This document shows, piece by piece, positions 1 through 8,987 of a stretch of DNA of 37,336 nt. Within the stretch, counting starts at the first letter, position 1; each line of letters opens with the position of its first letter. The notes below the pieces were generated by a model. It saw only the letters and a program-made list of their open reading frames with translations. It ran no database searches and was not told the DNA's origin. The DNA is from a virus (Duplodnaviria; Caudoviricetes): positions 1 to 37,336 of IMG/VR virus record IMGVR_UViG_3300031779_000006; one strand, written 5' to 3'. A program made the position numbers and the translations under genes.

Positions 1-1
1 C

Positions 2-904
2 ATCCGAGTTCTGTTGCGTGGCTCGCCGGGCGTGGCGGGTAGCCGGGGCACGAGGTGGCGCGCCAGCCATAGGCGGTATGCGGCACTGCGAGCCAGGTTC
101 CGGGCCAGCCCGCACCTGCCGCACCACCGGCCCTGGCATCACCCGTGGCGGGTGCTGCCCGGCGCCGGGATGGGCATGCGGCACCGGTTCCGGACCTGGC
201 GCACCCGCTGGGCCAGGTACCGCTGGAGCCGGGGCTGGCGCGCGGGCCTGGTGCTGCCCCGCGACCGGCACGGTCGGCTGCTGACCCGGCGCCAGCGGAT
301 CGCTCGCTGGTGGCGGATGAAGCGCGGCAGCGCGCCCGGGATCATCCGGCTGCACCGCCGGGAGTCGTTCCGGACCAGGATCGCGAACCAGTGGCGCCGC
401 CGCCGGGCTCGGCCGCCGCGGTCGTGGGCTGACCGGTTCGCCGCCGGCGGGCTCGCGCACTGGCTGGCGATGCGCGCCGACCGGGCGCGGTATCGCCGCT
501 GGAACCGCCGCCGCGGTACGCCGGCCCCGCAGCCGCAGCCGCGCGGCAGGCCGGCCACGACGCCGGCGCACACACCGAACGGGACCGGCAGGATGCCGGG
601 ACGAAGGACACGAGCAGGAGGAGGACGCACCGTGGACACGGGAGCAATGGCAGACGAGATCAGGTCGATGGCGGGCCGGGACTTCTCGGACCCGCAGGAC
701 GTGCACGACACCGTGTCGGGCGTGCACGAGATCGTCGCGGCGCTGCAGGAGGCCCTGAACGAGATGGGCCAGCGGCTGGAGGAGACTGGCGTGCACCCGG
801 CCTACCCGACCGCGATCCAGGAGGCCGCCAGCCAGATGAGCGGGATCGCCGATGAGCTGGAAGCCGTCACGTCCGGCGGCGTCATGCGCGGACCTGGATC
901 ATAG
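2..904 (+). CDS. 5'-truncated Arg/Trp-rich protein with C-terminal helical (TraA-like) domain; possible separate or internal start at GTG 632
   Basis: Frame is open from the window edge; strong SD AGGAGGAGG precedes in-frame GTG 632; last ~90 aa are acidic and amphipathic, similar in character to 8977-9270. Confidence 0.55.
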   Translation: MRVLLRGSPGVAGSRGTRWRASHRRYAALRARFRASPHLPHHRPWHHPWRVLPGAGMGMRHRFRTWRTRWARYRWSRGWRAGLVLPRDRHGRLLTRRQRIARWWRMKRGSAPGIIRLHRRESFRTRIANQWRRRRARPPRSWADRFAAGGLAHWLAMRADRARYRRWNRRRGTPAPQPQPRGRPATTPAHTPNGTGRMPGRRTRAGGGRTVDTGAMADEIRSMAGRDFSDPQDVHDTVSGVHEIVAALQEALNEMGQRLEETGVHPAYPTAIQEAASQMSGIADELEAVTSGGVMRGPGS

Positions 905-908
905 GGGG

Positions 909-1229
909 ATGAGCGACGACGAACTGCACCCCGGTGACATCGAGGCGCCCGGCGCGCTGGACATCCCGGCCGGGCGCTGCGGCACCGGCACGATCGACGG
1001 CGCCTGCTGGCGACCCGGCGACCCGGTCAAGCACCTCGGCCCGCCGGCCCGGCTGGCGATCCCGCCGTATTCGGCGCTGTTCCAGACCCGGTGTGGCCTG
1101 GGGCCGCGCTACCCGGACGGGAAGCCGATGGGCTGGACCCCGCAAGCCTGGGGCGAGAACGACGACTACTGGTGCGTGCCGTGCCTGCGCCAGGCGGGCA
1201 TCAGCTACCAGCTGTGGACCGACGACTGA
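909..1229 (+). CDS. hypothetical Cys-containing protein
   Basis: ATG after AGGGGG, high GC3, CxxC near C-terminus. Confidence 0.7.
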   Translation: MSDDELHPGDIEAPGALDIPAGRCGTGTIDGACWRPGDPVKHLGPPARLAIPPYSALFQTRCGLGPRYPDGKPMGWTPQAWGENDDYWCVPCLRQAGISYQLWTDD

Positions 1230-1239
1230 TGGAGGCATT

Positions 1240-1491
1240 GTGGCGGGCAGCTGGGATCACATGACCACCAGCGGCGGCAGGTTCCGGAACAACGAGACCT
1301 TCTGCGGCATGATCGAGAACCTGGGCGACGCGTACGAGGCCGCCGAGGAGTGCTTTGGCATGGTGCAGTGGCTGGCTAACGAGCTGGCTGTGTCCCAGCC
1401 GACACGGGGTTCCCGCACGGACTGGGTCCGCCGGGCCAGGCGGCACTACCAGGAGGGCCTGCGCATCGGCGGGCGCCAGCGCGAGAGGTAG
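1240..1491 (+). CDS. hypothetical protein
   Basis: GGAGG SD then GTG; tight operon packing, high GC3. Confidence 0.7.
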   Translation: MAGSWDHMTTSGGRFRNNETFCGMIENLGDAYEAAEECFGMVQWLANELAVSQPTRGSRTDWVRRARRHYQEGLRIGGRQRER

Positions 1492-1506
1492 CGGGGAGGA
1501 GGACCG

Positions 1507-4500
1507 GTGAGCGAGCACGACGAGGAGGAGCTGGACGAAGCCTTCGGCGACGCGTCGCGTAACGACGGCTGGCGCGGGCTGGTCCGCGAGCAGGGAGGCC
1601 CGCCGCGCATCAAGACGGGCAAGGACCTGTTCCTGCACTGCCTGGAAAGCGCCGGGCTGGTGTTCGTCGCCTCGCTGGTTGCTGCCGGGCTGCCGCTGCA
1701 CCGCGTGATCGCCTGGCAGCTGGTTACTCTCGCCTTCGCCTGCCTGACCGCGGTCACGTTCTACACCGCGTACCGGACCACCCGGTCCGCGTTCATGTCG
1801 TCTTACCTGCTGGCCTGGGGCGTGCTGCTCACCGTCTGGTTCACCGCCGCGTGGCATTTCGGCGTGCCGCACGAGATGGTCATCGCCGGCCTGTTCATCC
1901 CGTGCCTGATCCTGGCCGGGATCGGCCCGGTTGCGATCGGCCATCACCGCCAGGCGCTGGCCCGTCAGGACGAGGCCGCGCTGGGCCGGGCCAATGAGCT
2001 GGAGATCAAGCGCTGGGTCCGGTTCTTCGCCAACCACGGCGCGCCCGGCGTCAAGATCATCGACGTCCGGGAGGAGCACGGGGTCATCGAGGTCCGCGGC
2101 GAGCTGGGCCGGGCTACCCGGGACCGGCGGGCGATGACGTACCGGCAGCTGGAGATGTGCGCCGCGGAGATGGCGGTCAGCCTGAAGCGGGACAGCGACG
2201 GGGTGTACTTCTCCAAGCCCGAGCGCGGCCACGCGGCCGACTTCGTGCTGCACGTCCGGCCGAAGCGCCACGGGGCCAGGCCGACCGTGCACATGCCGCT
2301 GGAGAACAAGCCGCTGACCGTGAACCGGCCGCTGGAGTTCGGCGTGTTCGACAACGGCAAGCCGTTCCGGCAGCTCATGCGCGAGGTCCACGTGCTGATC
2401 GGGGGCAGCACTGGCTGGGGCAAGGCGCTAGCCTGTGATACCCCGGTCCCGGTCCCGGCCGGCTGGGCGACCATGGGCGAGATCCGGCCCGGTGACCTGG
2501 TCTTCGATGAGACTGGGAACCCGGTCCGGGTCCTGGCCGCCACGGAGGTCATGGAAGGCCGGCCGTGCTACGAAGTCGAGTTCAGTGACGGTACGGTCAT
2601 CACCGCTGACGCGTGGCACCAGTGGAAGGTAGATACAGCTGCGTCGCGGGCGTCACGTCAGCCTAGGCATCCCGTGACGCTGACTACTGAGCAGATGATC
2701 CCTGGTTTGCGGGATGCGCCGAACGGAAGGCTGAACTACAGCGTCCGGGTGGCTGCCCCGCTGCAGTGCCCCGAAGCGGATCTGCCGGTGCCCCCGTACA
2801 CGCTGGGCGCCTGGCTCGGCGACGGAACATCGGATACCGGGCTGATAACGTCAGCAGACCACGAGATCATCAACGAGATCGAATCTGAAGGCGAGACTGC
2901 CTGGGTCACCCAGGACGCAGCCAGGGGCGTACTCCGGGACAGGCATGCCGTTCTCGCCTGCCTGCTGGCAGATGAGCGGTGTTCCCCGTCAGGGGAAATA
3001 GCCGCGCGAGGGTTGTGCCGCAATCACTGGGAACGCGAACGCCGGGCCGGCAGGCTCGATCAGTGGCCCCTGATGCGGAGCCGTGAAGCCGGCCGCCGGG
3101 AGGTACTGGCCGGGTATCGCATAGGCGACCTCACCTCCCGGCTGGGAGACCTGGGCATGCTTGAGAACAAGCACATTCCGGCCATTTACCAGCGGGCTTC
3201 CGAGTCGCAGCGGAGAGCACTCCTGGCCGGGCTGCTGGACACGGACGGGTACTGCATCCCGAGCGGGACCGCGAAATACTACTCAACGTGCGAGCGGCTG
3301 GCCCGGGACGTGCATCAGCTGGCCTGCGGGCTAGGTTACAAGGCGACCCTGCGCAGCAAGACAGCAAAGCTATACGGGAAGGACTGCGGACTCGTCTGGA
3401 TCGTGGCGTTCACGCCCGCAGATAAGGTGTTCCGGCTCCCGCGGAAGCTGGCCAGGCAGAAGACCGACGTCAGGCCCGTCGTGTTCCGGCGTTACGTGAC
3501 CGCGATCCGGCCCGTGCCGAGCGTGCCGGTGCGCTGCCTGATGGTCGACGGCCCGTCACATCTGTATCTTGCGGGCCATTCTTGTGTCCCTACGCACAAC
3601 AGTTCGCTGCTCAATGTGTTCATCGCTTTGCTAGCCGCCTGTCCCGATTCCCTCATATGGCTCATTGATATGTCGGGCGGGATCACCGCGCGGCCGTGGA
3701 TCATGCCGTACCTGGCCGAGCACGCGAGCAAGCCGGTCATCGACTGGGTGGCCACCGAGCGGGACGAGGCCAAGCTGATGCTGGAGGCCGCGCTGGAGGT
3801 CGGCCGGGTCCGGTCCACCTACCCGGTGTTCGAGAAGATCACCCCGAGCGAGGCCACCCCGGCGCTGTTCCTGCTGTGCGACGACATGGGCGCCTGCTTC
3901 GGGCACGGCAAGGTCACCGGGTCGGTCAAGTCCGGTGACCGGGTGTCCAACTGGGGCCTGTCCCAGCTGGGCAGCGAGTTCACCGAGCTGGCCCGCAAGG
4001 CGGCCGGGTCGATGGTCGGCGCCGTGCAGCGGACCAACGTGGAGCTGATGGGCGGCACCGGGATCAAGGCGATGTCCGACATCCGGTTCGGCCTGCACTG
4101 CAACGACTCGGTCGACGGCGGGCGGATCTTCCCCGACGACCCGGCCGCGGCGCGGATGCTGTACGAGCTGCAGGACCGCGGCGACGCCCTGATCAAGCGG
4201 CCCGGCGGCATCACCCCGGTCGTGCACCTGTACCGGATCGAGCCCGAGGAGCGGATCACCGACCGGGCGCTGTACTGCGGGAACCTGCGGCCCAAACTCG
4301 AACCGCAGTGCGCGGAGCGGCTGCCTGCGTACGCGGGACGCTGGGACCGCAACGCCGACCTGCTGGACACCTGGCGGGAAGCGGCCGGGTTCGCCCCGGC
4401 GCCCGACCCGGAGGACGAGTTCGGGTCGATCGTCGCGTTCAACAAGCTGGACGACCTGACCGAGCCGCCCGGCGGCACCGACCCGCGCGAGAAGCGGATG

Positions 4501-4713
4501 CTGCAGCTGATCCGCGAGGCGGGCTGGACCGGCCTGTACGTGCGCCAGATCATGTCCCGCCTGGAGGCCGAGGGCAAGGCGCCAGCCCGGGAGACCGTGC
4601 AGCGGTGGCTGGCCAAGAACGCGCAGCGCGGCAAGCTGCACCGCCCGGCCCGGGGCAGCGGCTGGCGGTGGGCCAACCTCGGCGACGATGACGATATGCC
4701 TGATGTCATGTAG
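1507..4713 (+). CDS. FtsK/SpoIIIE-family (TraB-like) membrane DNA translocase, intein-containing (676 aa after splicing)
   Basis: About four N-terminal hydrophobic helices, Walker A GGSTGWGK|S split by intein, Walker B-like LFLLCDD, LARKA...AVQR motif, C-terminal winged helix; SD GGAGGAGG. Confidence 0.8.
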   Translation: MSEHDEEELDEAFGDASRNDGWRGLVREQGGPPRIKTGKDLFLHCLESAGLVFVASLVAAGLPLHRVIAWQLVTLAFACLTAVTFYTAYRTTRSAFMSSYLLAWGVLLTVWFTAAWHFGVPHEMVIAGLFIPCLILAGIGPVAIGHHRQALARQDEAALGRANELEIKRWVRFFANHGAPGVKIIDVREEHGVIEVRGELGRATRDRRAMTYRQLEMCAAEMAVSLKRDSDGVYFSKPERGHAADFVLHVRPKRHGARPTVHMPLENKPLTVNRPLEFGVFDNGKPFRQLMREVHVLIGGSTGWGKALACDTPVPVPAGWATMGEIRPGDLVFDETGNPVRVLAATEVMEGRPCYEVEFSDGTVITADAWHQWKVDTAASRASRQPRHPVTLTTEQMIPGLRDAPNGRLNYSVRVAAPLQCPEADLPVPPYTLGAWLGDGTSDTGLITSADHEIINEIESEGETAWVTQDAARGVLRDRHAVLACLLADERCSPSGEIAARGLCRNHWERERRAGRLDQWPLMRSREAGRREVLAGYRIGDLTSRLGDLGMLENKHIPAIYQRASESQRRALLAGLLDTDGYCIPSGTAKYYSTCERLARDVHQLACGLGYKATLRSKTAKLYGKDCGLVWIVAFTPADKVFRLPRKLARQKTDVRPVVFRRYVTAIRPVPSVPVRCLMVDGPSHLYLAGHSCVPTHNSSLLNVFIALLAACPDSLIWLIDMSGGITARPWIMPYLAEHASKPVIDWVATERDEAKLMLEAALEVGRVRSTYPVFEKITPSEATPALFLLCDDMGACFGHGKVTGSVKSGDRVSNWGLSQLGSEFTELARKAAGSMVGAVQRTNVELMGGTGIKAMSDIRFGLHCNDSVDGGRIFPDDPAAARMLYELQDRGDALIKRPGGITPVVHLYRIEPEERITDRALYCGNLRPKLEPQCAERLPAYAGRWDRNADLLDTWREAAGFAPAPDPEDEFGSIVAFNKLDDLTEPPGGTDPREKRMLQLIREAGWTGLYVRQIMSRLEAEGKAPARETVQRWLAKNAQRGKLHRPARGSGWRWANLGDDDDMPDVM
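2425..3600 (+). mobile_element. class 3 intein with LAGLIDADG homing endonuclease (392 aa)
   Basis: Starts ALACDTP (Ala1), block B TADAWHQW, block F VRCLMVD, block G PTHN followed by Ser; endonuclease motifs YTLGAWLGDG and LLAGLLDTDG; lower GC3 than the host gene. Confidence 0.93.
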
Positions 4714-4744
4714 ACTTTTGCAGACTGGAGGATCAGGAGACGTG

Positions 4745-5035
4745 ATGGCAGCATTCCGGGTTACCACAATCCACCTGGACCGTGACCAGGAGGTCAGCGC
4801 CGTTCAGGCAGTGGCCGACGACGTCACCGTTGACTGGATCCGGCTGGCCGTGTCCGGCGGCATGGACATCACCGGAGGCGACCCGCAGGGCACGCTGCTC
4901 AAGATGCCCGTTCAGACCATGCTGGAGCTGTTCCGCGCCGCCGGGAAGGTGCCCGGCAACGACCCGTGGGGGCCGCATGCGCACGTCATCTACGACAGCC
5001 TGTCCCACGTCGTGTACGGGCTGATCGAGGAGTAG
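4745..5035 (+). CDS. hypothetical protein
   Basis: SD AGGAG, ATG, high GC3; TAGACT -10-like element at 4711. Confidence 0.7.
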   Translation: MAAFRVTTIHLDRDQEVSAVQAVADDVTVDWIRLAVSGGMDITGGDPQGTLLKMPVQTMLELFRAAGKVPGNDPWGPHAHVIYDSLSHVVYGLIEE

Positions 5036-5037
5036 CC

Positions 5038-5511
5038 ATGAGAGCCGTTTACCGCTGGTACTCCCGGGCCTCCGCCCGGCTCAGCTGCAACCCCGCGGTC
5101 GTCGGCGTCGGCATCGTGCTCCTCGCCTTCACCTACATCGGCGGCGCGGCCATCTACCAGCACCGGTCCCAGGTAATCACCGCCGGCCGGTTCGCCGCCG
5201 CGCTCGTGCTCGCGCTCGCCGCCGTCGCGCTGCTGGCCAAGGCCGCGCACACGGTCTCGATGGCCGAAGGCAGCCACTACCAGATCGTCCCGGTCCCCGA
5301 GGCGGAGCGCGCTGCGGCGCAGGCCGAGCCGGAGACCGGGCCTGTCCGCGTGGACCGGCCGGGCGAGCCGGTGCACAGCTACACGCTGCGTACCGCGGCC
5401 GAGACCGCGGCCATGACCGCCGACGCCGACACGCTGGCCGAAGACGACACCGGGATCGTGGTCGGCGCGGACGGCACCGTCTACGAGCTGACCGGCGAGG
5501 AGCGATCGTGA
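5038..5511 (+). CDS. membrane protein (2 TM)
   Basis: Two hydrophobic segments; SD GAGGAG; GTGA overlap with next gene. Confidence 0.75.
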   Translation: MRAVYRWYSRASARLSCNPAVVGVGIVLLAFTYIGGAAIYQHRSQVITAGRFAAALVLALAAVALLAKAAHTVSMAEGSHYQIVPVPEAERAAAQAEPETGPVRVDRPGEPVHSYTLRTAAETAAMTADADTLAEDDTGIVVGADGTVYELTGEERS

Positions 5512-5876
5512 GCACGTACCTGTTCCCGCCGCCTCGCGAGTTCGCCCAGCGGCTCGGCGATCACCTGGGCATCCAGCTGACCGGGAAGACCGGCTGGCGG
5601 GCCATCCCCCGGAACAAGCACGGCCAGCGGTGCCCGCGATGGGACGCGGAGTGGTTCGAGGTGGCCGCGTACTTCACCGACATGGGCACCAGCCTGACCC
5701 GGATGCAGGAGCTGCTGGCCGCGGAGTTCGGCTGCGTGCGCACCACCACGATCACCGGGAACCCGGCGCGGATCGCCGACGAGGACTGGCCTGGCTGGAC
5801 GCGACGGAAGAACCGCGAGGACCTGCGTCCGCAGGTCCTCGCGCTGTTCGCCGACCCTCCGGGAGACAAGCCGTGA
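5508..5876 (+). CDS. hypothetical protein
   Basis: GTGA overlaps on both sides, SD GAGGAG. Confidence 0.75.
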   Translation: MSTYLFPPPREFAQRLGDHLGIQLTGKTGWRAIPRNKHGQRCPRWDAEWFEVAAYFTDMGTSLTRMQELLAAEFGCVRTTTITGNPARIADEDWPGWTRRKNREDLRPQVLALFADPPGDKP

Positions 5877-6217
5877 CGTACCTCCTGGCCGGGATCGGTA
5901 TCCTGCTGCTGGCCGCCGGCTACCACGGGGTGACCGAGCATCACTGGCATCTGGTTTACTTCTGGCGGTTCGTCCGGCCCGGCATCGTCATCCCGCCGAC
6001 CCGGCACGACACCCGCTGGCACTCGATGAGCCACGCGGCGCGGACCGGCATCGACGTGGTGATGCTGCTCTCGGCCGCGGCCATCGGCACCGCACTGCGG
6101 ATCTGGCCGAGGCCCGCCGTTATCGGCCTGGTTGTCGCCTTCGCCGCGCTGATCACGGCGGGCGGCGTGCGGGCGATTTCCCGGGCGCTGTCCGGCCGGG
6201 GTTACGAGGAGGACTGA
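5873..6217 (+). CDS. membrane protein (3 TM)
   Basis: GTG overlapping previous stop; hydrophobic helices. Confidence 0.75.
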   Translation: MTYLLAGIGILLLAAGYHGVTEHHWHLVYFWRFVRPGIVIPPTRHDTRWHSMSHAARTGIDVVMLLSAAAIGTALRIWPRPAVIGLVVAFAALITAGGVRAISRALSGRGYEED

Positions 6218-6357
6218 TGAACGATCTCGGCGGGCTGGTCCGGACCGTCATCTTCTGGCTCGTGATCATCTGGCTCGCGGTCTTCGTGTTCACCCACTGG
6301 GCGGAGGTCAGTCACGCGTTCGGCGTGTTCATCGACACCGCCAAGCCGCACCACTAG
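6217..6357 (+). CDS. small membrane protein (46 aa), not in ORF track
   Basis: TGATG overlap, SD GAGGAGG, MNDLGGLVRTVIFWLVIIWLAVFVF... Confidence 0.7.
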   Translation: MNDLGGLVRTVIFWLVIIWLAVFVFTHWAEVSHAFGVFIDTAKPHH

Positions 6358-6366
6358 GAGGCCGTC

Positions 6367-6669
6367 GTGCTGCGCGTGCTGATCCCGCTGGCTACGGCGA
6401 TCGCGGTCATCTGCGCGATCTCCGGCTTCGCCGCGGGCGCGGCCGTGGCCGCGGTCATTGACGTGTACCTGATCTCGCTGGCCGTGTACCCGAACCGGCA
6501 GTGCGCCTCGTGCGGCGGGTCCAAGCGGCACGGCCTGTCCGGCTCGCGGAACAGCCGCCACTGCTGGAAGTGCCACGGCAAGGGCGAGTACCCGCGCCTG
6601 GGCGTGCGGCTGTTCCGGCGTGACGTTTACGCGGCGATCCGGCGCGGCGAGCACGGGAGGAACTACTGA
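6367..6669 (+). CDS. membrane protein with CxxCxG...CxxCxGxG zinc finger
   Basis: SD AGGAGG; hydrophobic N-terminus; CASCGGS and CWKCHGKG. Confidence 0.8.
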   Translation: MLRVLIPLATAIAVICAISGFAAGAAVAAVIDVYLISLAVYPNRQCASCGGSKRHGLSGSRNSRHCWKCHGKGEYPRLGVRLFRRDVYAAIRRGEHGRNY

Positions 6670-6803
6670 TGCCTGAGCAGTGGGTGATGGAATACGCGCG
6701 GTGGCGCGCCGCCCAGGACGAGCCCGAGGAGGGCTGGGCTGAGGCCGACCTTGAGCTCGCGTTCAAGGCCGGCTGGGAAGCACGACAAGACCAGGAGACC
6801 TAG
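6669..6803 (+). CDS. small hypothetical protein (44 aa), not in ORF track
   Basis: TGATG overlap, SD GGGAGG; fills the gap exactly; AFKAGWEAR motif. Confidence 0.65.
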   Translation: MPEQWVMEYARWRAAQDEPEEGWAEADLELAFKAGWEARQDQET

Positions 6804-7220
6804 ATGACGCAAATCACCACCGAACAGGCCCGCGAGGTGCTGTGGGCCAGCTCCGAGGAGGGCAAGGCCCAGCTGGCCGCCGCCTGGGCGAAGGCACAGT
6901 ATCTCGGGCTGGCTGTCGCGGTACGCCGCGCGGATGCCGGCCGCGGGATCACCATTGACGAGCTGGGCGCGCTGCTGTGGGCCGCGCACACCGCGCTGCT
7001 GCCCCTGCCGCAGCACCCGGCCATGACGCGCATGCTGCAGCTCATCGAGGAGCGCGGCGAGGACGGCGCGACGCTGCGCGAGGTGGCGGTCTGGCTGTCC
7101 GCCGAGGGCATGACCCCGACCCGGGAGTCCCTGCACCGCTGGGCGCACGAGTACGAGCGGGACGGCGTGCTGGAGCGTGGCGGCCGGACCCGTTATTCCT
7201 GGCGGACGGTGAAGCGGTGA
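6804..7220 (+). CDS. winged-helix protein paralogous to the C-terminal domain of the TraB-like translocase
   Basis: RMLQLIEERGEDG...LSAEGMTPTRESLHRW aligns with RMLQLIREAGWTG...LEAEGKAPARETVQRW. Confidence 0.8.
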   Translation: MTQITTEQAREVLWASSEEGKAQLAAAWAKAQYLGLAVAVRRADAGRGITIDELGALLWAAHTALLPLPQHPAMTRMLQLIEERGEDGATLREVAVWLSAEGMTPTRESLHRWAHEYERDGVLERGGRTRYSWRTVKR

Positions 7221-7438
7221 GCGGCGGGACGGTGCTGTCCGGCTGCTGCTGGTGCCACGTGCTGATCTGCCGGTGGGGCGGCCAGGACCCGTGGCACCGG
7301 ATCCCGGCGCGCGGCGAGCTGCTACTCCCGCAGGCCGCGATGGCGTGCAAGGCCAGCCCGGACGGCCAGCACCACTCCCCGGCCGACTATCCCGAGTGGC
7401 CGCTGCGGACAGCGTCTGATGCCAGCGAGGTGTCCTGA
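7217..7438 (+). CDS. small Cys/His-rich protein
   Basis: GTGA overlap; CCWCH and C...HH. Confidence 0.6.
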   Translation: MSGGTVLSGCCWCHVLICRWGGQDPWHRIPARGELLLPQAAMACKASPDGQHHSPADYPEWPLRTASDASEVS

Positions 7439-7671
7439 TGGCGGCCGTAATGCAGCCCGATCCGTGGCTGCTGCCGCCTGAGCAGCGCACCTGCACCCGC
7501 TGCGGGCACGTGCTGGTCGGCGAGGACGAGGCCGGCTTCTACTACCAGGTCCCTATCCAGGACCCGGAAACCAAGATCGTCTTCATGGACCGGGTGCATT
7601 CCTGCGTGGAAGGCTCGTTCCCCGGGTGGCCGCACGTGATGCCCGAGGGGTGGCCCGATGCCGGCCGGTAG
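7438..7671 (+). CDS. small zinc-ribbon-like protein
   Basis: TGATG overlap; CTRCGH...HSC. Confidence 0.65.
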   Translation: MAAVMQPDPWLLPPEQRTCTRCGHVLVGEDEAGFYYQVPIQDPETKIVFMDRVHSCVEGSFPGWPHVMPEGWPDAGR

Positions 7672-8293
7672 CCTCGCCCCGGTGGCCCGGACGGTGACCT
7701 TCGTGCCCGGCCTGGTGATGGCTGCCGCCGGCTGGGCGTACCTCGGGCAGCCGCTCGCTGTCCCCGGTCCGCACGAGCAGCTGTTCCGCCTGGCCGGGCT
7801 CGGCGTGTTCCTGCTCGCCGGGCTGGTCATCTGGCCGGCGCTGGTGCTGTCGGCGCTCCTGCTCGGCCCGGCCGCGCTCGCGGGCCTGGTCGTGCCGCGC
7901 GGGATACGCGGCCGGTACCGGCGGCACCTGATCGAGTCCGGCACCCCCCGAGACCGCCAGCGCAGCAGCTACATCAGCAAGCGGCTCCGTCGCGTGGTGA
8001 GCGCCGCCGACCGGCACCGCTGCGTTGCCTGCAAGACCCGCCGCGGGGTGATGCACGTCGACCACTGCCGCCCCTGGATCGCCGGCGGCAGAACTGTGCT
8101 GACCAACCTGTTCCTGCTCTGTGAGCGTCATAACCTCGTGAAAAGCAACTACAACAAGGACCGCGACGGGTACGAGCACTACCACGGCGACCGCGCCAAC
8201 ATCGCCGAGGCCCGCTGGATCCTGCGCCGCGAGCGGATCCATCGCTGGAACCCGTTCCGCTGGGTCCGGGCGGCCTGGGCGCTGGCGCGATGA
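7658..8293 (+). CDS. membrane-anchored HNH endonuclease
   Basis: Hydrophobic N-terminal ~75 aa then CVAC...HVDHCRPWIAGG..VLTNLFLLCERHNLVKS. Confidence 0.85.
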   Translation: MPAGSLAPVARTVTFVPGLVMAAAGWAYLGQPLAVPGPHEQLFRLAGLGVFLLAGLVIWPALVLSALLLGPAALAGLVVPRGIRGRYRRHLIESGTPRDRQRSSYISKRLRRVVSAADRHRCVACKTRRGVMHVDHCRPWIAGGRTVLTNLFLLCERHNLVKSNYNKDRDGYEHYHGDRANIAEARWILRRERIHRWNPFRWVRAAWALAR

Positions 8294-8826
8294 GCGACAA
8301 GCTGATCGGCGTGCGGGAGGCATCTCGGCGCCTCGGCGTGCACGAGAACACTGTCCGGAACTGGATGGCATCCGGGACCATCCAGGCAGCTATGAGGACA
8401 TCCCGGTCCACCAAGTTCACTGAGGCGGAGGTGGAGCGCGTGCGGCAGTTGCTGGAAGCCCAGGCCGGGCGCGACGAGGTAGCCAGGGACTTGCGGGATA
8501 CAGCGGCCAGGGCCGGCAAGGAACGGGTCCAGACCACGGTCCGGTTCCACCGCGGCCGGTACCGGGCCGTCAGCGAGGTCGCCGAGCTGATCGGCACTTC
8601 TCGCGAGGACGCGGTGCACCTGCTGATCGGCGAGGGGCTGAGCGTGCTGTACGCCCGGCTCGGAATCGAGCCCGATCCGGCCGTGCACGCCCTGGAGCTG
8701 CTGAAGCTTGTCACCGGTACCTGGCATGCAGACCTGTCCGATGACGAGCTGTCCGCGTTCAGGATCACCATGGCGGCGCTGGAGCGCATCGCTCAGGTGC
8801 GGGCCAGGGAGACGGAGGACGGATGA
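8290..8826 (+). CDS. MerR/excisionase-like HTH DNA-binding protein
   Basis: LIGVREASRRLGVHENTVRNWMASG; possible ribbon-helix-helix second domain (QTTVRF...). Confidence 0.8.
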   Translation: MSDKLIGVREASRRLGVHENTVRNWMASGTIQAAMRTSRSTKFTEAEVERVRQLLEAQAGRDEVARDLRDTAARAGKERVQTTVRFHRGRYRAVSEVAELIGTSREDAVHLLIGEGLSVLYARLGIEPDPAVHALELLKLVTGTWHADLSDDELSAFRITMAALERIAQVRARETEDG

Positions 8827-8987
8827 CCGACCAGGAACTGCTGGAGCGGCTGCGGGCGATAACCCAGAAGTGGATCTCTCAGGCCCGGCACCCGCAGCGG
8901 ATGGACAAGCCGGAGCAGCGTGACCTGATCATGCGGCACGTGGCCGACGTGGAGGGCCTGGCCCGGGAGATACGCGATGGCGGGTGA
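8823..8987 (+). CDS. small hypothetical protein (54 aa), not in ORF track
   Basis: ATGA overlap, SD GGAGG; MTDQELLERLRAI... Confidence 0.65.
   Translation: MTDQELLERLRAITQKWISQARHPQRMDKPEQRDLIMRHVADVEGLAREIRDGG

Noticed and set aside
204-233. CCCGCTGGGCC...GGAGCCGGG resembling the leader motif
   Set aside because: Inside a coding frame, spacing differs, no downstream start; plausible by chance at this GC content.
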